In this document: positions 20,182 through 30,700 of the stretch, piece by piece | Layout: the number at the start of each line of letters is the position of its first letter | Position numbering within the stretch: position 1 is the first letter of the stretch | Assembly: GCA_050253075.1 (NCBI GenBank) | Contig: JBFWJS010000002.1 | Coordinates: 320,001 to 384,000, forward strand | Source: Deferribacterales bacterium | GTDB lineage: Bacteria > Chrysiogenota > Deferribacteres > Deferribacterales > Geovibrionaceae | Direction: 5' to 3' | DNA: 64,000 nucleotides | The notes under the pieces: model-generated | What the model was told of the DNA's origin: nothing | Database searches by the model: none | Seen by the model: only the letters and a program-made list of their open reading frames with translations | Translations under genes and position numbers: made by a program

Positions 20182-22899
20182 CTAACTTACCTTATAGATT
20201 TTTACTGGAACAGGGTTTGTGATACCCATAGCAACAGGGTCGCAGTCTGCGAGGTCTGTACATGTCAGTTTGTTATACATCAGATACTTAGTGCCTGATG
20301 CACCCGCAGATTTGACCAGTCGTCCCATACTTCCCGCTACACCGATAACGCCCGGCAGCAGCAGCTCTGTTACGAAGAGCTTTCCTGTTATCTTGCCGTT
20401 CTTTGACTCTACTGTCACAGTGTCGCCGGATTTCAGTCCTTTCTCATTTGCAGTGATAGTGCTCAGTGTTACTGTTCCGTATGTAGGGTCGAATGTCTCG
20501 CCCACTTCGTTCAGGTACGGAAGCTGATCCACGGCGCCCACACGCATAGGAGAGTATGGTGTTTTATATGTTATAGAAACGAGATCGTATTCATCTGTAC
20601 TCTTGATAGAGTTGATTTTATTAGGTCTCCAGTTGATAACAGCCTCGTAGTACGCAAGGTGCTTTTCAGCGTCGATACCGAGTGCTTTGACAACGTCATT
20701 GTGCTTTTTAAAGAATGGACGGAGGCCGTCACCGCTCTTTTTCAGTCTTTCGAAATAGAATGGGAACCTTGTCTCTCCTTTAGCATACAGACCTGTGTTG
20801 TAACAGTCGGCAGGAGCTTCTCTCTGTATGATGAGTCCTGTATCGTTCAGGCTGTCCATCGTGTGTTCTTTACCGAAGTATTTCTGAACACCTCTGTCCC
20901 AGACCTCTCTTACAGTGTAGAGTTTGTCAGGTTTGAAGTAGTCCTTCTTATCAAGGAATGCGATGGATATCTCACCGATCATAACGCCCATCTTGTTCAT
21001 CGCTTCGTTAAAGTCGCTGATAATACCCATCTTTTCGCAGAGCTGCATTATGATATCCTGTGACTGACGGGAATCAAATACAGGCGGGATAGGGTCTCTG
21101 TACATCAGCATCTTCAGCCCGAGTGTCTCTTTGGTGAAAACGTCGAAGCCTGACTCGTAGCAGTTCACGGATTCTTTCTCAAGGATCGCATGTGACGGAA
21201 GCAGGATGTCGGACATGTGCGCCATCTCGTCGTAGTGGTATGCCAGAGTGGCAGAGAACGGGATGCGGGAGATAGACTCTGCAACCATGTATGGCTCTGT
21301 CGTACTGGATATAGGGTTACCGCCGACGGTAAGGAGTGCATCGATCTCATACTCGACACCGTATTTCTTCGGATCCATAGCCACTTTATAAGCCAGTGCA
21401 GGCGTAGAGTGTCTGTGCGGGAAGAATTCGTAAAGGTCGATATGCTTCGGCGGCCATGTAGGCTCTTTGAAAAGTGCCTCCATCTTAGGCTCTACCACAC
21501 CGTCTTTATCAGGTGAGAGGAAAGGTCCTCTGGCGCAGGCGATGTTTCCGCCCGGCACATCAAGGGAACCGACGAGCATGTTGCATATCTTGCTCATAAG
21601 GTCGGCGCCGATACCGTCTCTCTGTCCCATTGCTCCACGCTGGCATATGATGCTGGATGTTCTGAGAGGGAATGTCTTGTCTTTGCCGTTCTTATCTTTC
21701 AGAGTGATAGTTTTGCCGATGCTGGCATTATCGACAAATCCTTTAGCTACTTCTCTGAGTCTAGCAGCAGGGATCTTTGTCAGCTCAGCCGCCCACTCAG
21801 GTGTTTTATCTTTCAGGCTTTCTTTAACAAGTGTAAAGCCTGTCACAAGTTTCTCGCCGTTCTGCTTGAGGTCTTTCACCTCGAGAGCAGGAGTTTTAAG
21901 TGTTTTATCGTCAAAGGATTTGACCTTTTTATCAGCAAGGTCATATATCTGAGGCTTGCCGTCTTTGCCTCTGTAGTAATCCCCTTTTGTATCGATGAGG
22001 TAAGGAGCGTTTGTGGACCAGCGCATGGTCTCTTCGTCATATTTACCTATCTCAAAGATTATCGTATGTGCGATGGTCATAAGGAATGGAAGCTCTGTTC
22101 CGGGCTTGATAGGAAGCCATTCGCCTTTTGATGCTTCTGCCGTGCATCTCGGGTCTACTACCACGTATTTAAGGTCTGTGTCGGCAAGAGCATCGCCGAG
22201 GCCTCTTGCTCCGCCGTTCGCAGCTCCGATGGACATACCTGTGTGGCGTCCGACAGCTATAACGTATTTAGCGTATTTAAGGTCGGATACCGTAACAGGG
22301 AAGATACCCTGTACAAGGTCTGCCGCATAGTGCAGCGCACAAAGTGTTCCGTTACTCTTCAGATAGTTAGGAGTGCCGTAAGCAGCAGCAAAGTAGAAAA
22401 GATATGTACAGAAATAGTTCATATCTCCGAAGCCCACCTGAAAGATGAATCTCTTAGGATCTCTGTCCCTTACTTTTTTCAGTGTCTTGGCTGTTGTAGT
22501 CAGAGCCTCTTCCCATGATATCTCTACCCACATCGGGTCTTCGTTCAGCCCCTTCTTAGGGTTTGTACGCTTCATAGGAGCTTTCACTCTGTAAGGGTTG
22601 TAAAGGTTCTGTATAAGAGAGTTACCCCTTGCACACATTGTACCTTTATTGTTTGGAGCTTTTGGATTTCCTTTCAGCTCGACAACAACGCCGTTTTCCA
22701 CACGGTACATGTTCGGGCAGTCGCCCCTCATGCACATTCTGCAGTGACTGAAGTGCCAGCTGTCCTTTGGGATCTGCTTTGAGCTTTTAGCAATACCGTT
22801 TACAGGCAGTGCGGCGTTTAATGCTGAAGCAGCACTTAAAACCCCCGCTGCTTTCAAAACTGACCGTCTACTAACCTTTAGTGTTGATAAACTCGCCAT
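20182..22899 (-). CDS. Tat-exported DMSO-reductase-superfamily molybdopterin oxidoreductase, substrate unknown
   Basis: SRRSVLK Tat motif; CX2CX4CX27C Fe-S motif; PMKRTNPKKGLNEDP..VEISWEEAL; VVDPRC; SDILLPS. Confidence 0.92.
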   Translation of the reverse strand: MASLSTLKVSRRSVLKAAGVLSAASALNAALPVNGIAKSSKQIPKDSWHFSHCRMCMRGDCPNMYRVENGVVVELKGNPKAPNNKGTMCARGNSLIQNLYNPYRVKAPMKRTNPKKGLNEDPMWVEISWEEALTTTAKTLKKVRDRDPKRFIFQVGFGDMNYFCTYLFYFAAAYGTPNYLKSNGTLCALHYAADLVQGIFPVTVSDLKYAKYVIAVGRHTGMSIGAANGGARGLGDALADTDLKYVVVDPRCTAEASKGEWLPIKPGTELPFLMTIAHTIIFEIGKYDEETMRWSTNAPYLIDTKGDYYRGKDGKPQIYDLADKKVKSFDDKTLKTPALEVKDLKQNGEKLVTGFTLVKESLKDKTPEWAAELTKIPAARLREVAKGFVDNASIGKTITLKDKNGKDKTFPLRTSSIICQRGAMGQRDGIGADLMSKICNMLVGSLDVPGGNIACARGPFLSPDKDGVVEPKMEALFKEPTWPPKHIDLYEFFPHRHSTPALAYKVAMDPKKYGVEYEIDALLTVGGNPISSTTEPYMVAESISRIPFSATLAYHYDEMAHMSDILLPSHAILEKESVNCYESGFDVFTKETLGLKMLMYRDPIPPVFDSRQSQDIIMQLCEKMGIISDFNEAMNKMGVMIGEISIAFLDKKDYFKPDKLYTVREVWDRGVQKYFGKEHTMDSLNDTGLIIQREAPADCYNTGLYAKGETRFPFYFERLKKSGDGLRPFFKKHNDVVKALGIDAEKHLAYYEAVINWRPNKINSIKSTDEYDLVSITYKTPYSPMRVGAVDQLPYLNEVGETFDPTYGTVTLSTITANEKGLKSGDTVTVESKNGKITGKLFVTELLLPGVIGVAGSMGRLVKSAGASGTKYLMYNKLTCTDLADCDPVAMGITNPVPVKIYKVS

Positions 22900-22987
22900 G
22901 CTATACCTCCATTATTGATTGGCCGAATAAATCTAAAAAACCCGGAATCGGCCTCTGATAAAAGGATATGGTTTTAATTGGATACTT

Positions 22988-23066
22988 TTAAGGTCCAAGC
23001 CCCCCTAAGAAAGAGGTGCCAAAAGGCTTTTTTAGGGTCCAGATCCCGTATAGTTTACAGGGCCAG
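22988..23066. promoter_or_regulatory. Putative MocR/TauR-type operator repeats
   Basis: Minus-strand TTGGACCTTAA (22988-22998) and CTGGACCCTAA (23032-23042), each with a weaker copy 24 bp away. Confidence 0.45.
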
Positions 23067-23132
23067 CGACTCCGGCAGATGAATTAACAAATTTTTGTGT
23101 TATTTTTAAATATACATACAAAAGGTGAGCAT

Positions 23133-24551
23133 ATGTTATACGATTGGAACCCTGATAAGGACTCTGAGATACCAATTTATGTCCAGCTCGCTAACCACAT
23201 TAGAGGATTAATTACCTCAGGTGTTATCAAAAGCGGGGCAAAGCTCCCGAGCAGACGCACACTGACGGCAAAGCTGGATGTAAGCAGGAATTCGGTTATT
23301 GCTGCTCTGGAGCTGCTGATAGAGGAAGGACTTATCATATCTTTTCCCAAATGCGGCTTCTTTGTAACGGATAACTGGGACATTTCAATAGCAAACTGGC
23401 AGGCTTATATAAAACGTGCCAGACACAGACCGGGGAATTCTGAGATAAGACACTGGTCGGATGCGGGCGGGCTTACCGAATTTGCCCTCAGTCCAGATTT
23501 CGACTGCGGTCCATATCTGCAGGAATCCTTCATCAGCGCCATGAACAAAATGAGCAAGCTCGACATGAAGTGCAAGTTCAGCAAGTTCGGCTTTCTCGGT
23601 CTGCGTGAAGCTATTGTTAAACATGTACGCACTTTCGGCATAAAGGCCGATGTAGACAACATATTGATCTGCCCTTCCAACATACTCGTATTATATCCGC
23701 TGTATGAATCACTTATGACCAGCGGGTCAAACTTCTTCTATGAGCAGAGCAACCTGATCATGGCGATATCGAACATCCACTCCATAGGTATGAACATGAT
23801 ACCCATACCACTCGACCAGCACGGACTTTCTGTCACAGAGCTGAAAAAGAATATCAGCAGGTACAAACATCCTGTGCTGCACCTTGACCTCACTGATCAG
23901 GCTCCCACCGGCATAGTGATGTCTCGTAAGCGTAAGAGAGACCTCATGGACATCATAAACGAGCACAGACTGCCCGTGGTGGAGATAGACCACCTGCGTG
24001 ATGCGTGGCACGATAAACCCTTCCCCTATCCTCTGAAATCAATGGATGAGCAGGGGAATATAATCTATATGGGCTCGATGATACGAAGCTGTCCCTGCGA
24101 CCTGCAGATGACATGGCTCATCGCAGATAAATATATTGTCGATCATCTGGCTGATGTTCTGGTGCAGAACGGCATAAAGGCAAACTTCCTTATGCAGATA
24201 GCACAGGCGGAGCTTTTCGATTCAGGTGCTTACTATGAGCTGATGGAAGGCGTCAGGGAATTCATAAAGAAGCGCAGGGAGAAAGCTCTGGGCTATCTGA
24301 AGACCCATCTTTCAGACATAGCATTATGGAAAGAGAAGAACTGCGGTTTTCACTTCTGGCTGGAGTTTCCTAATGTAAATATACGAAAGGTCTTTGAAAA
24401 CTCATACTTCCACGACTTCCATCCGGGATATTTCTTCGACCTTAAAGATAACAGCCACATCCTGCTCTGCCCTGCATCACTCAGGGACGCAGACATCGAA
24501 AAATCCATTATAGAGATATCAGAAACCGTGCGTGCAAGCATGGTAAAATAA
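23133..24551 (+). CDS. MocR/GabR-family regulator (GntR wHTH + aminotransferase-like domain)
   Basis: PIYVQLANHIR...GAKLPSRRTLTAKLDVSRNSV; QAPTGIVMS; GFHFWL. Confidence 0.9.
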   Translation: MLYDWNPDKDSEIPIYVQLANHIRGLITSGVIKSGAKLPSRRTLTAKLDVSRNSVIAALELLIEEGLIISFPKCGFFVTDNWDISIANWQAYIKRARHRPGNSEIRHWSDAGGLTEFALSPDFDCGPYLQESFISAMNKMSKLDMKCKFSKFGFLGLREAIVKHVRTFGIKADVDNILICPSNILVLYPLYESLMTSGSNFFYEQSNLIMAISNIHSIGMNMIPIPLDQHGLSVTELKKNISRYKHPVLHLDLTDQAPTGIVMSRKRKRDLMDIINEHRLPVVEIDHLRDAWHDKPFPYPLKSMDEQGNIIYMGSMIRSCPCDLQMTWLIADKYIVDHLADVLVQNGIKANFLMQIAQAELFDSGAYYELMEGVREFIKKRREKALGYLKTHLSDIALWKEKNCGFHFWLEFPNVNIRKVFENSYFHDFHPGYFFDLKDNSHILLCPASLRDADIEKSIIEISETVRASMVK

Positions 24552-24560
24552 TAACGCCAT

Positions 24561-24590
24561 AAAAAGGCCGGTGCTTTAAACACCGGCCTT
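24561..24590. terminator. Intrinsic terminator between convergent genes
   Basis: AAAAAGGCCGGTG-N-CACCGGCCTT. Confidence 0.8.
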
Positions 24591-24593
24591 AAC

Positions 24594-24971
24594 TTATATA
24601 TAGTTTGAAACCTCGATAAGGTTCAGATCAGGGTCTCTGAAATAGAGTGACAATATAGGGCCAACGGCACCCGTCCTCTCCACCGGTCCTTCAACGATCT
24701 CAACACCATGCTCGGATGCTCTTTCTGCCACATCCTCTATCGGCACATCAGTGATAAAACATATATCTATGGCTCCGGGCACGGGCAGCTTTGCCTTAGG
24801 CTCAAACTCTCTGCCGTATTCGTGTATGTTTATTTTCTGACTGCCGAATTCCAGAGCTTTTCTGCCGCCTCTGAATGTTACTTCTTTCATCCCGAGGAAA
24901 CCGACGTAAAACTTAAGAGTGGCTTCAACATCTCTTACAGTGAGTACAATATGGTCGACGCTTTTTATCAT
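24594..24971 (-). CDS. VOC/glyoxalase-family protein
   Basis: VDHIVLTV, FGSQKINIH, GPVERTGA.GPI.SLYFRDPDLNLIEV. Confidence 0.92.
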   Translation of the reverse strand: MIKSVDHIVLTVRDVEATLKFYVGFLGMKEVTFRGGRKALEFGSQKINIHEYGREFEPKAKLPVPGAIDICFITDVPIEDVAERASEHGVEIVEGPVERTGAVGPILSLYFRDPDLNLIEVSNYI

Positions 24972-25073
24972 TGCGAACCTCCCGCTTTGAAATTTTAAAT
25001 GTATGAAGAGTATTATAACATCTAACTAGTTATAAAGTGAATATTGCAAGTGGATCGATTATAAAAATTTAGG

Positions 25074-26945
25074 TCAGAATGTTATTTTGAAGACTGCTCC
25101 GCTGTCGCTGTTTTCAGCCGTCAGCTTTCCGCAGAGTCGTTTTTCGATGATGCTTTTCGCAAGGGCGAGCCCTATACCTAGCCCCTTTTCTTCCCTTTTC
25201 GAATAATGCATGTTGAAGATATATTTCATATCATCTGCGTTTATACCGCCTGCATTGTCTGCAATGCAGAGGCACAGACCTTTTGATTCTTTACATGATA
25301 TCTCTATCACAGGGTTTGCCGTCTTCCGCTCCAGCATTATGGACACTGCGTTTTCAATGATTATCAGCAGAGCCTGACTCAGCTGTTTCTCGTCTGTGGT
25401 CACCGTCTTATCCAGATCTACCCTTTCGACTATGACGCCTGCGGATTTTATCGATGAATTCATAATTTTCATGGTATTTTCCACAACATCTGCCAGATTT
25501 ATCTCACGGATATCTGAATTCTTTGAATAAAAGCTGTAGAAATTCCCCACAAGCTCGTTCATATTCTGGATATGGTTTTCCATATTAGACAGCATTACGG
25601 ATTCTTTACTCTTTTCATCGCCCTTTTTGAAATACTCCACTTTCAGGTTCAGCACCTCAGAGCCCAGATATATCAAAGGCTGCTTAAACTGGTGCAGTAT
25701 CCCTGCCAGCAGGTGACTGGTGGAATTGAATTTGTTCATCTCCTCCACGAGAAGGGCATTCTCCAGCCTCTCTTTTTCCAGCAGTTTTATCTTCATGCTG
25801 AGTATCACCGCAAAGAGAAATGCGTCCACTGTCTTGCCGAAAGGCACGGCATATATGATCCATGTTCCGAAATTAACTTTACCAAGAAAATATGCGATAT
25901 AACACAGGATAAACACCATAAATGTACCTGTACCGACCAGAAAAAGTGTCGAACCCTGTAGATTTTTCTGTTTTATCACTATCGAGCTGAATATCACAAC
26001 CAGCAGACCGAACTGTACCATGACGGCCGTTGCCCTATTGTGGGTTATCAGACTGTCTGCATAGTAAAAGTACGCCACCGACAGGGCAAGAGCTCCGAAG
26101 ACTGCTATGGTGACAAGGTTGAACTTATACAGCCAGCGGATATTCTTCCTAAGATCGAAGAGCACAATGGTGAACATAGACATAAAGATGATGCCCAGCG
26201 ACGGCATCAGCTTATACGACAGGTCGAGGATAACCGTCGACACATAAGGGCTGAGATATGTATGCACATGCCCCGATGTGGTCAGCGCATTATAAATGTT
26301 TGTAATGCTGTGAATGATATACAGCACAAACGCCATATCCCTCAGAGATGTAAAGATCATAAGGTTATACACTATGAGCGCGAGGGTGATACCTATGAAC
26401 ATCCCCCATATGGTGACGTCTTTTATGACGAAAATATTGAATTTATGCTGGTCGAATACCCTCAGCTTTGCTTTTATTGGTGATGTGGAATGATACCTCG
26501 CAAACACTGCGATGCTCTCCTGCGGGGCAAGTGTCACGTCAATATTCGGGTAGCGCTTCATAATGCTCTTAAGGTTTATGGGGCGCTGGTCGCCGAACCT
26601 CTCAGTCTTTATCACCTGCCAGCCTTTTACAACGTAAAAATCGACTTCGTCCATAGCGGCAAAATCATTCAAAAGGTGCAGGGTAACATTTTCTTTCGTT
26701 TTATTCATCAGTGGGATGATCGTCCAGACGGTTTTGTCTGAATATGGGAAGAAGTCCCTTTCGGCAGGCTTGAATTCGGAGCGTCTCCCCAGCATGTCGT
26801 ATATGTTCAGACTGCTGCCTTCCTCGACATATACGCTCAGCTCACGGCTGTCGGCTATCCTCTTCACAGAGGTGTCAAAGATGTCGAAAGCATGGGCGGA
26901 AGCACCGCACAGCATCAGAATAAAAACGATAAAATACCTGATCAT
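25074..26945 (-). CDS. 7TM-DISM sensor histidine kinase
   Basis: Signal peptide, extracellular DISM-like domain, 7 TM helices (YNLMIFTSLRD), H-box ILHQFKQPL, DNAGGI, GLGIGL. Confidence 0.88.
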   Translation of the reverse strand: MIRYFIVFILMLCGASAHAFDIFDTSVKRIADSRELSVYVEEGSSLNIYDMLGRRSEFKPAERDFFPYSDKTVWTIIPLMNKTKENVTLHLLNDFAAMDEVDFYVVKGWQVIKTERFGDQRPINLKSIMKRYPNIDVTLAPQESIAVFARYHSTSPIKAKLRVFDQHKFNIFVIKDVTIWGMFIGITLALIVYNLMIFTSLRDMAFVLYIIHSITNIYNALTTSGHVHTYLSPYVSTVILDLSYKLMPSLGIIFMSMFTIVLFDLRKNIRWLYKFNLVTIAVFGALALSVAYFYYADSLITHNRATAVMVQFGLLVVIFSSIVIKQKNLQGSTLFLVGTGTFMVFILCYIAYFLGKVNFGTWIIYAVPFGKTVDAFLFAVILSMKIKLLEKERLENALLVEEMNKFNSTSHLLAGILHQFKQPLIYLGSEVLNLKVEYFKKGDEKSKESVMLSNMENHIQNMNELVGNFYSFYSKNSDIREINLADVVENTMKIMNSSIKSAGVIVERVDLDKTVTTDEKQLSQALLIIIENAVSIMLERKTANPVIEISCKESKGLCLCIADNAGGINADDMKYIFNMHYSKREEKGLGIGLALAKSIIEKRLCGKLTAENSDSGAVFKITF

Positions 26946-26946
26946 A

Positions 26947-27639
26947 TTACTCTTTACCCGGCACAAACATATAGCCCATGTCTTTCACATTTACTATATG
27001 GTCGCCCTGAATACGTTTTTTAAGCCTGTATACCAGATTCTTCAGAGAGCTGTCAGAGCACTCTATGTCGAAGAGAGTGTCTTCGAGGAACTCCTTTTTC
27101 AACAGCCTGTTCTTATTGTTTATCAGCATGTCGAGAAGCTCTTTCTCACGCTTCGGCAAAACCTCTGCAGGCTTGTCATCATATATGAGCTCACCTGACA
27201 GCTTATTATATTTCAATGAATTATTAATGCTATACAGCAGCTGACCATGCTTATCAAGGTAGTCCACGCACTTAGTAAGGGCATTGCGGAGCTGGTCAAA
27301 CTGCAGAGGCTTTATGATATATTCCACCAGCATAAGTGGGATAGCCTCTTTTATATGGTTTATATCCTGAAATGACGTGACGATGAATATCGGCGTGGAA
27401 GAGTCTTTCTCGCGTATCTTTTTAGCGACCTGAAGCCCGCTGTATTCGGGCATTTCTATATCCAGCAGGAGAATATCGGGCTTTCTGTTTTCATACATCT
27501 CCAGAGCCTGCCTGCCGTCTTTCACGGCTATGACATTCTCCACGAAAAGCCCTACGGCGTTCACGACGCTCTCACGCACGGCATCGTCGTCTTCCGCCAC
27601 CATTATCGTCATATTTTTCAGATATTCGCTTTGTTTCAT
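26947..27639 (-). CDS. OmpR/PhoB-type response regulator
   Basis: AEDD, LLDIEMP, YIIKP; winged helix LVYRLKKR...NVKDMGY. Confidence 0.92.
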   Translation of the reverse strand: MKQSEYLKNMTIMVAEDDDAVRESVVNAVGLFVENVIAVKDGRQALEMYENRKPDILLLDIEMPEYSGLQVAKKIREKDSSTPIFIVTSFQDINHIKEAIPLMLVEYIIKPLQFDQLRNALTKCVDYLDKHGQLLYSINNSLKYNKLSGELIYDDKPAEVLPKREKELLDMLINNKNRLLKKEFLEDTLFDIECSDSSLKNLVYRLKKRIQGDHIVNVKDMGYMFVPGKE

Positions 27640-27677
27640 TCACCGGTCCATTTTTGTTTTCTCTACAATACTATTGA

Positions 27678-27735
27678 AAAGTCGCATGAAAGTCGAATTG
27701 ATATTTTTCTATTTATACGACTTTGGTTCGACTTT
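27678..27735. promoter_or_regulatory. Two opposed tandem pairs of heptamer AAAGTCG (likely OmpR-type operators)
   Basis: AAAGTCG at 27678 and 27689; CGACTTT at 27718 and 27729; 11-bp period. Confidence 0.7.
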
Positions 27736-27786
27736 CGTTTGATAGTCTCATCCTGTCCAATACTATTTTCTTATATTGAGGTAGAG

Positions 27787-30700
27787 ATGAGATCAAAATT
27801 AAAATCTTTATTTATTTTCTCGGCTTTGGTTATCCTCCTCACCGGATGCGGGGTTCTCGACGGTGACGGCAATCATTCCGGGACGGAATCATCTGCAGGG
27901 GCAGACCTTGACTTTTACGGCGTGGCAGCCATAGGAGCACCTGCAGCGGGCTACACAGTTTATCTTCAGAGTGCCGACGGACAGCTTTTACAGGCTGTGG
28001 CGGACGGCAGCGGAGGATACTCCATAAATGCTAGAAACATACAGGCGCCGTACCTGCTCTGGTTTGAGCTGACAGGCGGAGAAAAGATATATGCAGTCAC
28101 ATTTCAGGACGGCGTGGTAAACCTGAATGCGATAACGAGCGCACTCACAAAAGCGGCGTACGCTCTATCAGGCGGAGAGGATGAAGACATCGACCCCGCC
28201 TCATTCAGCGAAGACAGGTTCGGCATAGCTCAGGACGCTCTGGCGGATTTCATGCAGCCGGTGCTTGCGCTTTACGGTGTAGACCACGAAGGCTTTAACT
28301 CTGTGCAGATGCCTGACTTCATAGCCGACGGATTCGGCGTGGACGGCATACTGGACGACTTCGAGATAAGCTACGACGACGCTTCCGAAGAGATAAAAAT
28401 AAGGATCAAGGGAACCGGTACAGATATAGGATCCCTCGATATAGACGGTGTTAGAAATAATGAAGAGAATGTCGATAACATAGATGAGACATCTCTCGCA
28501 TCGGTAACGGCCTCTATGGTGGCTAAAACAGCATCCAACATCACCTTCACTGCGATCGCGGGGGAGAATACTTCTGCTAATAATGTCGTGACAGCCCTCA
28601 ACCTTTTCACGACTTATAAGAACGGCACGACAGTAACATGGACAAGCAGTGACGAGGCCGTATCCACCGATGGAACCATCACAAGACAAAGCACCGACAC
28701 CACGGTAACGCTCACGGCGACTGTCGGCAAAGACGACTACACATCGACCAAGAGCATAATCATACTGGTGAAAGCGGCTGAAAGCACAGGCGGCGGTGAA
28801 GAGCCCCCCGCAGAATTCGACGACAGATACGACTTCCTAGGGAACAACCGCACGGCAGAAAGCGTGATACTCAACCTGAACATGCCGACATCGCTCTCAG
28901 ACGGCACAACGATAAGCTGGGCTTCCAGCGAACCTGAATACATAACCACAAACGGCGAGCTTCTCAAACGCCCTGCCGTATCCGAAGGTGATAAGATCGT
29001 CACTCTGACAGCCACAGAGACGAAAAACTCCATAACAGAGACCAACATATACACCGTTACGATACCGGCGATAATCCCACATAGGATGTCTTACGGATCA
29101 TTGATCAAAGAAGACGGAAGCCTCTGGCAGTCGGGTGAAATTGCTAATTATAGCGTCGGCATCGGCTACGGCGTCCACAATACATTCACACAGGAGATTA
29201 CCGGTGCATACGACTGGGTCTCCGTTTCTTCAAACACCTCATACACCCTCGCTATCAAATCAGACGGAACGCTCTGGGGATGGGGATTCAATCATGATAA
29301 ACAACTGACCTCAGACGACGTTCTCTTAGTCGAAACCCCGATACAAATAGGCACTGACGACGATTGGGTCTCAGTATCCTTGGGTATGTATCTAAATGTC
29401 GCCGTAGCTCTGAAAGCTGACGGGACAGCATGGGTATGCGGCAGTAATGACTACGACATAGTACCATCCGCAGACGGCGAGTCGGTACAGATCCCAATAC
29501 AGGAGCTCAGTCTGGCGAGCGACTGGGCAGATGTACAGGTGGGCTACCTATACATCACAGGCCTGAAGACTGACGGAACAATATGGAGCTGGGGGAGAAA
29601 TTACTTCGGCGGATTCGGAACAGCCAGATCATATGATCTGACCGCCACCCCCGTACAGGAATCGACAAAGGCCACAGACTGGTCTGCGATAGATGCCTAC
29701 TCCGGTACTGCTGCGGTGAAAAAGGACGGCACACTCTGGCTATGGGGAGGCGTTTCGATATCTTTGTTCGCCTCAGCCGAAGAAAGGGTAATCAAAAAGG
29801 CGGGCCCATCATTTTACTCCATAGAAGCTCCTATGCAGGAGCCGAGCCTGTCCACCGACTGGGTCAGACCATTCTTCGGATCCAGCATAGGCGGTGTGAA
29901 ATCTGACGGAACCATATGGAGCTTCGGCAGCGGAAAATCCTGTATCCTCGGCAACGGCCTTTGCGAAGACAGCCTTGAAATAGTGCAGGAATCCACCGCA
30001 AGCACAGACTGGATAGACGCCGTAACAGCGGGTGCAAACATCTATGCCCTCAAGTCCGACGGTTCCTTTTGGGGATGGGGATCTAACAACGGCGGAGAGC
30101 TCGGCACAGGTCAGGGCTATTTAACTACATATGAACCGGAAGTTTATGATAGAAAATCATTCGTTAAAGTAGATAGAAGAGGCGGAGGAGAATACTTCTG
30201 CGGAATTGAGGCAGACGGAGACCTCTGGTGTAAAAGTTATTACACCCCTTTCTTCTATCAGGTAGAAGGCTCATGGAGTGATGTCGTCACAGACGGATAC
30301 GGAGTATGGGGCATCAAAACCGACGGCACACTCTGGTTCTGGGGTTCAGACTATTACGGCTATTTCATGAACGGCGGGGCATATATGGAATATGACACCC
30401 CTACGCAGATAGGCACCGCCACATGGAAACAAATCGCCCTTGAAAAACACGACAGCGCATCCAGATATATGATGGGCATACAGACCGACGGCACACTCTG
30501 GGCAATGGGTAGAGACTCATACTATGACGGCAGTGCATGGGTCACAACCACCTCACCGACAAAGCTGAGCGACGATTCATGGAGCAAGATAGTACTGGGA
30601 AACTACCGCATGGCTATCAAAACAGACGGCACTCTGTGGGCATGGAGTTCAGGCGATTCCACAGGGCTGGGAGACACCATACCGCCGTCTTACCCTGTGC

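Noticed and set aside
20182..22899. Naming this gene arrA/arxA
   Set aside because: Lacks the CQGCTxWC-type start and (R/K)GRY motif; no arsenic-resistance genes in the window
23005..23022. Minus-strand TTGGCAC as a sigma-54 -24 element for the molybdoenzyme
   Set aside because: No GC at the -12 position; better explained as one of the MocR-type repeats
27631..27786. N-terminal extensions given by the ORF track (also 4671, 23097, 39567, 51270, 57737)
   Set aside because: Downstream ATGs give better RBS, signal-peptide or domain starts; the extensions run through regulatory DNA
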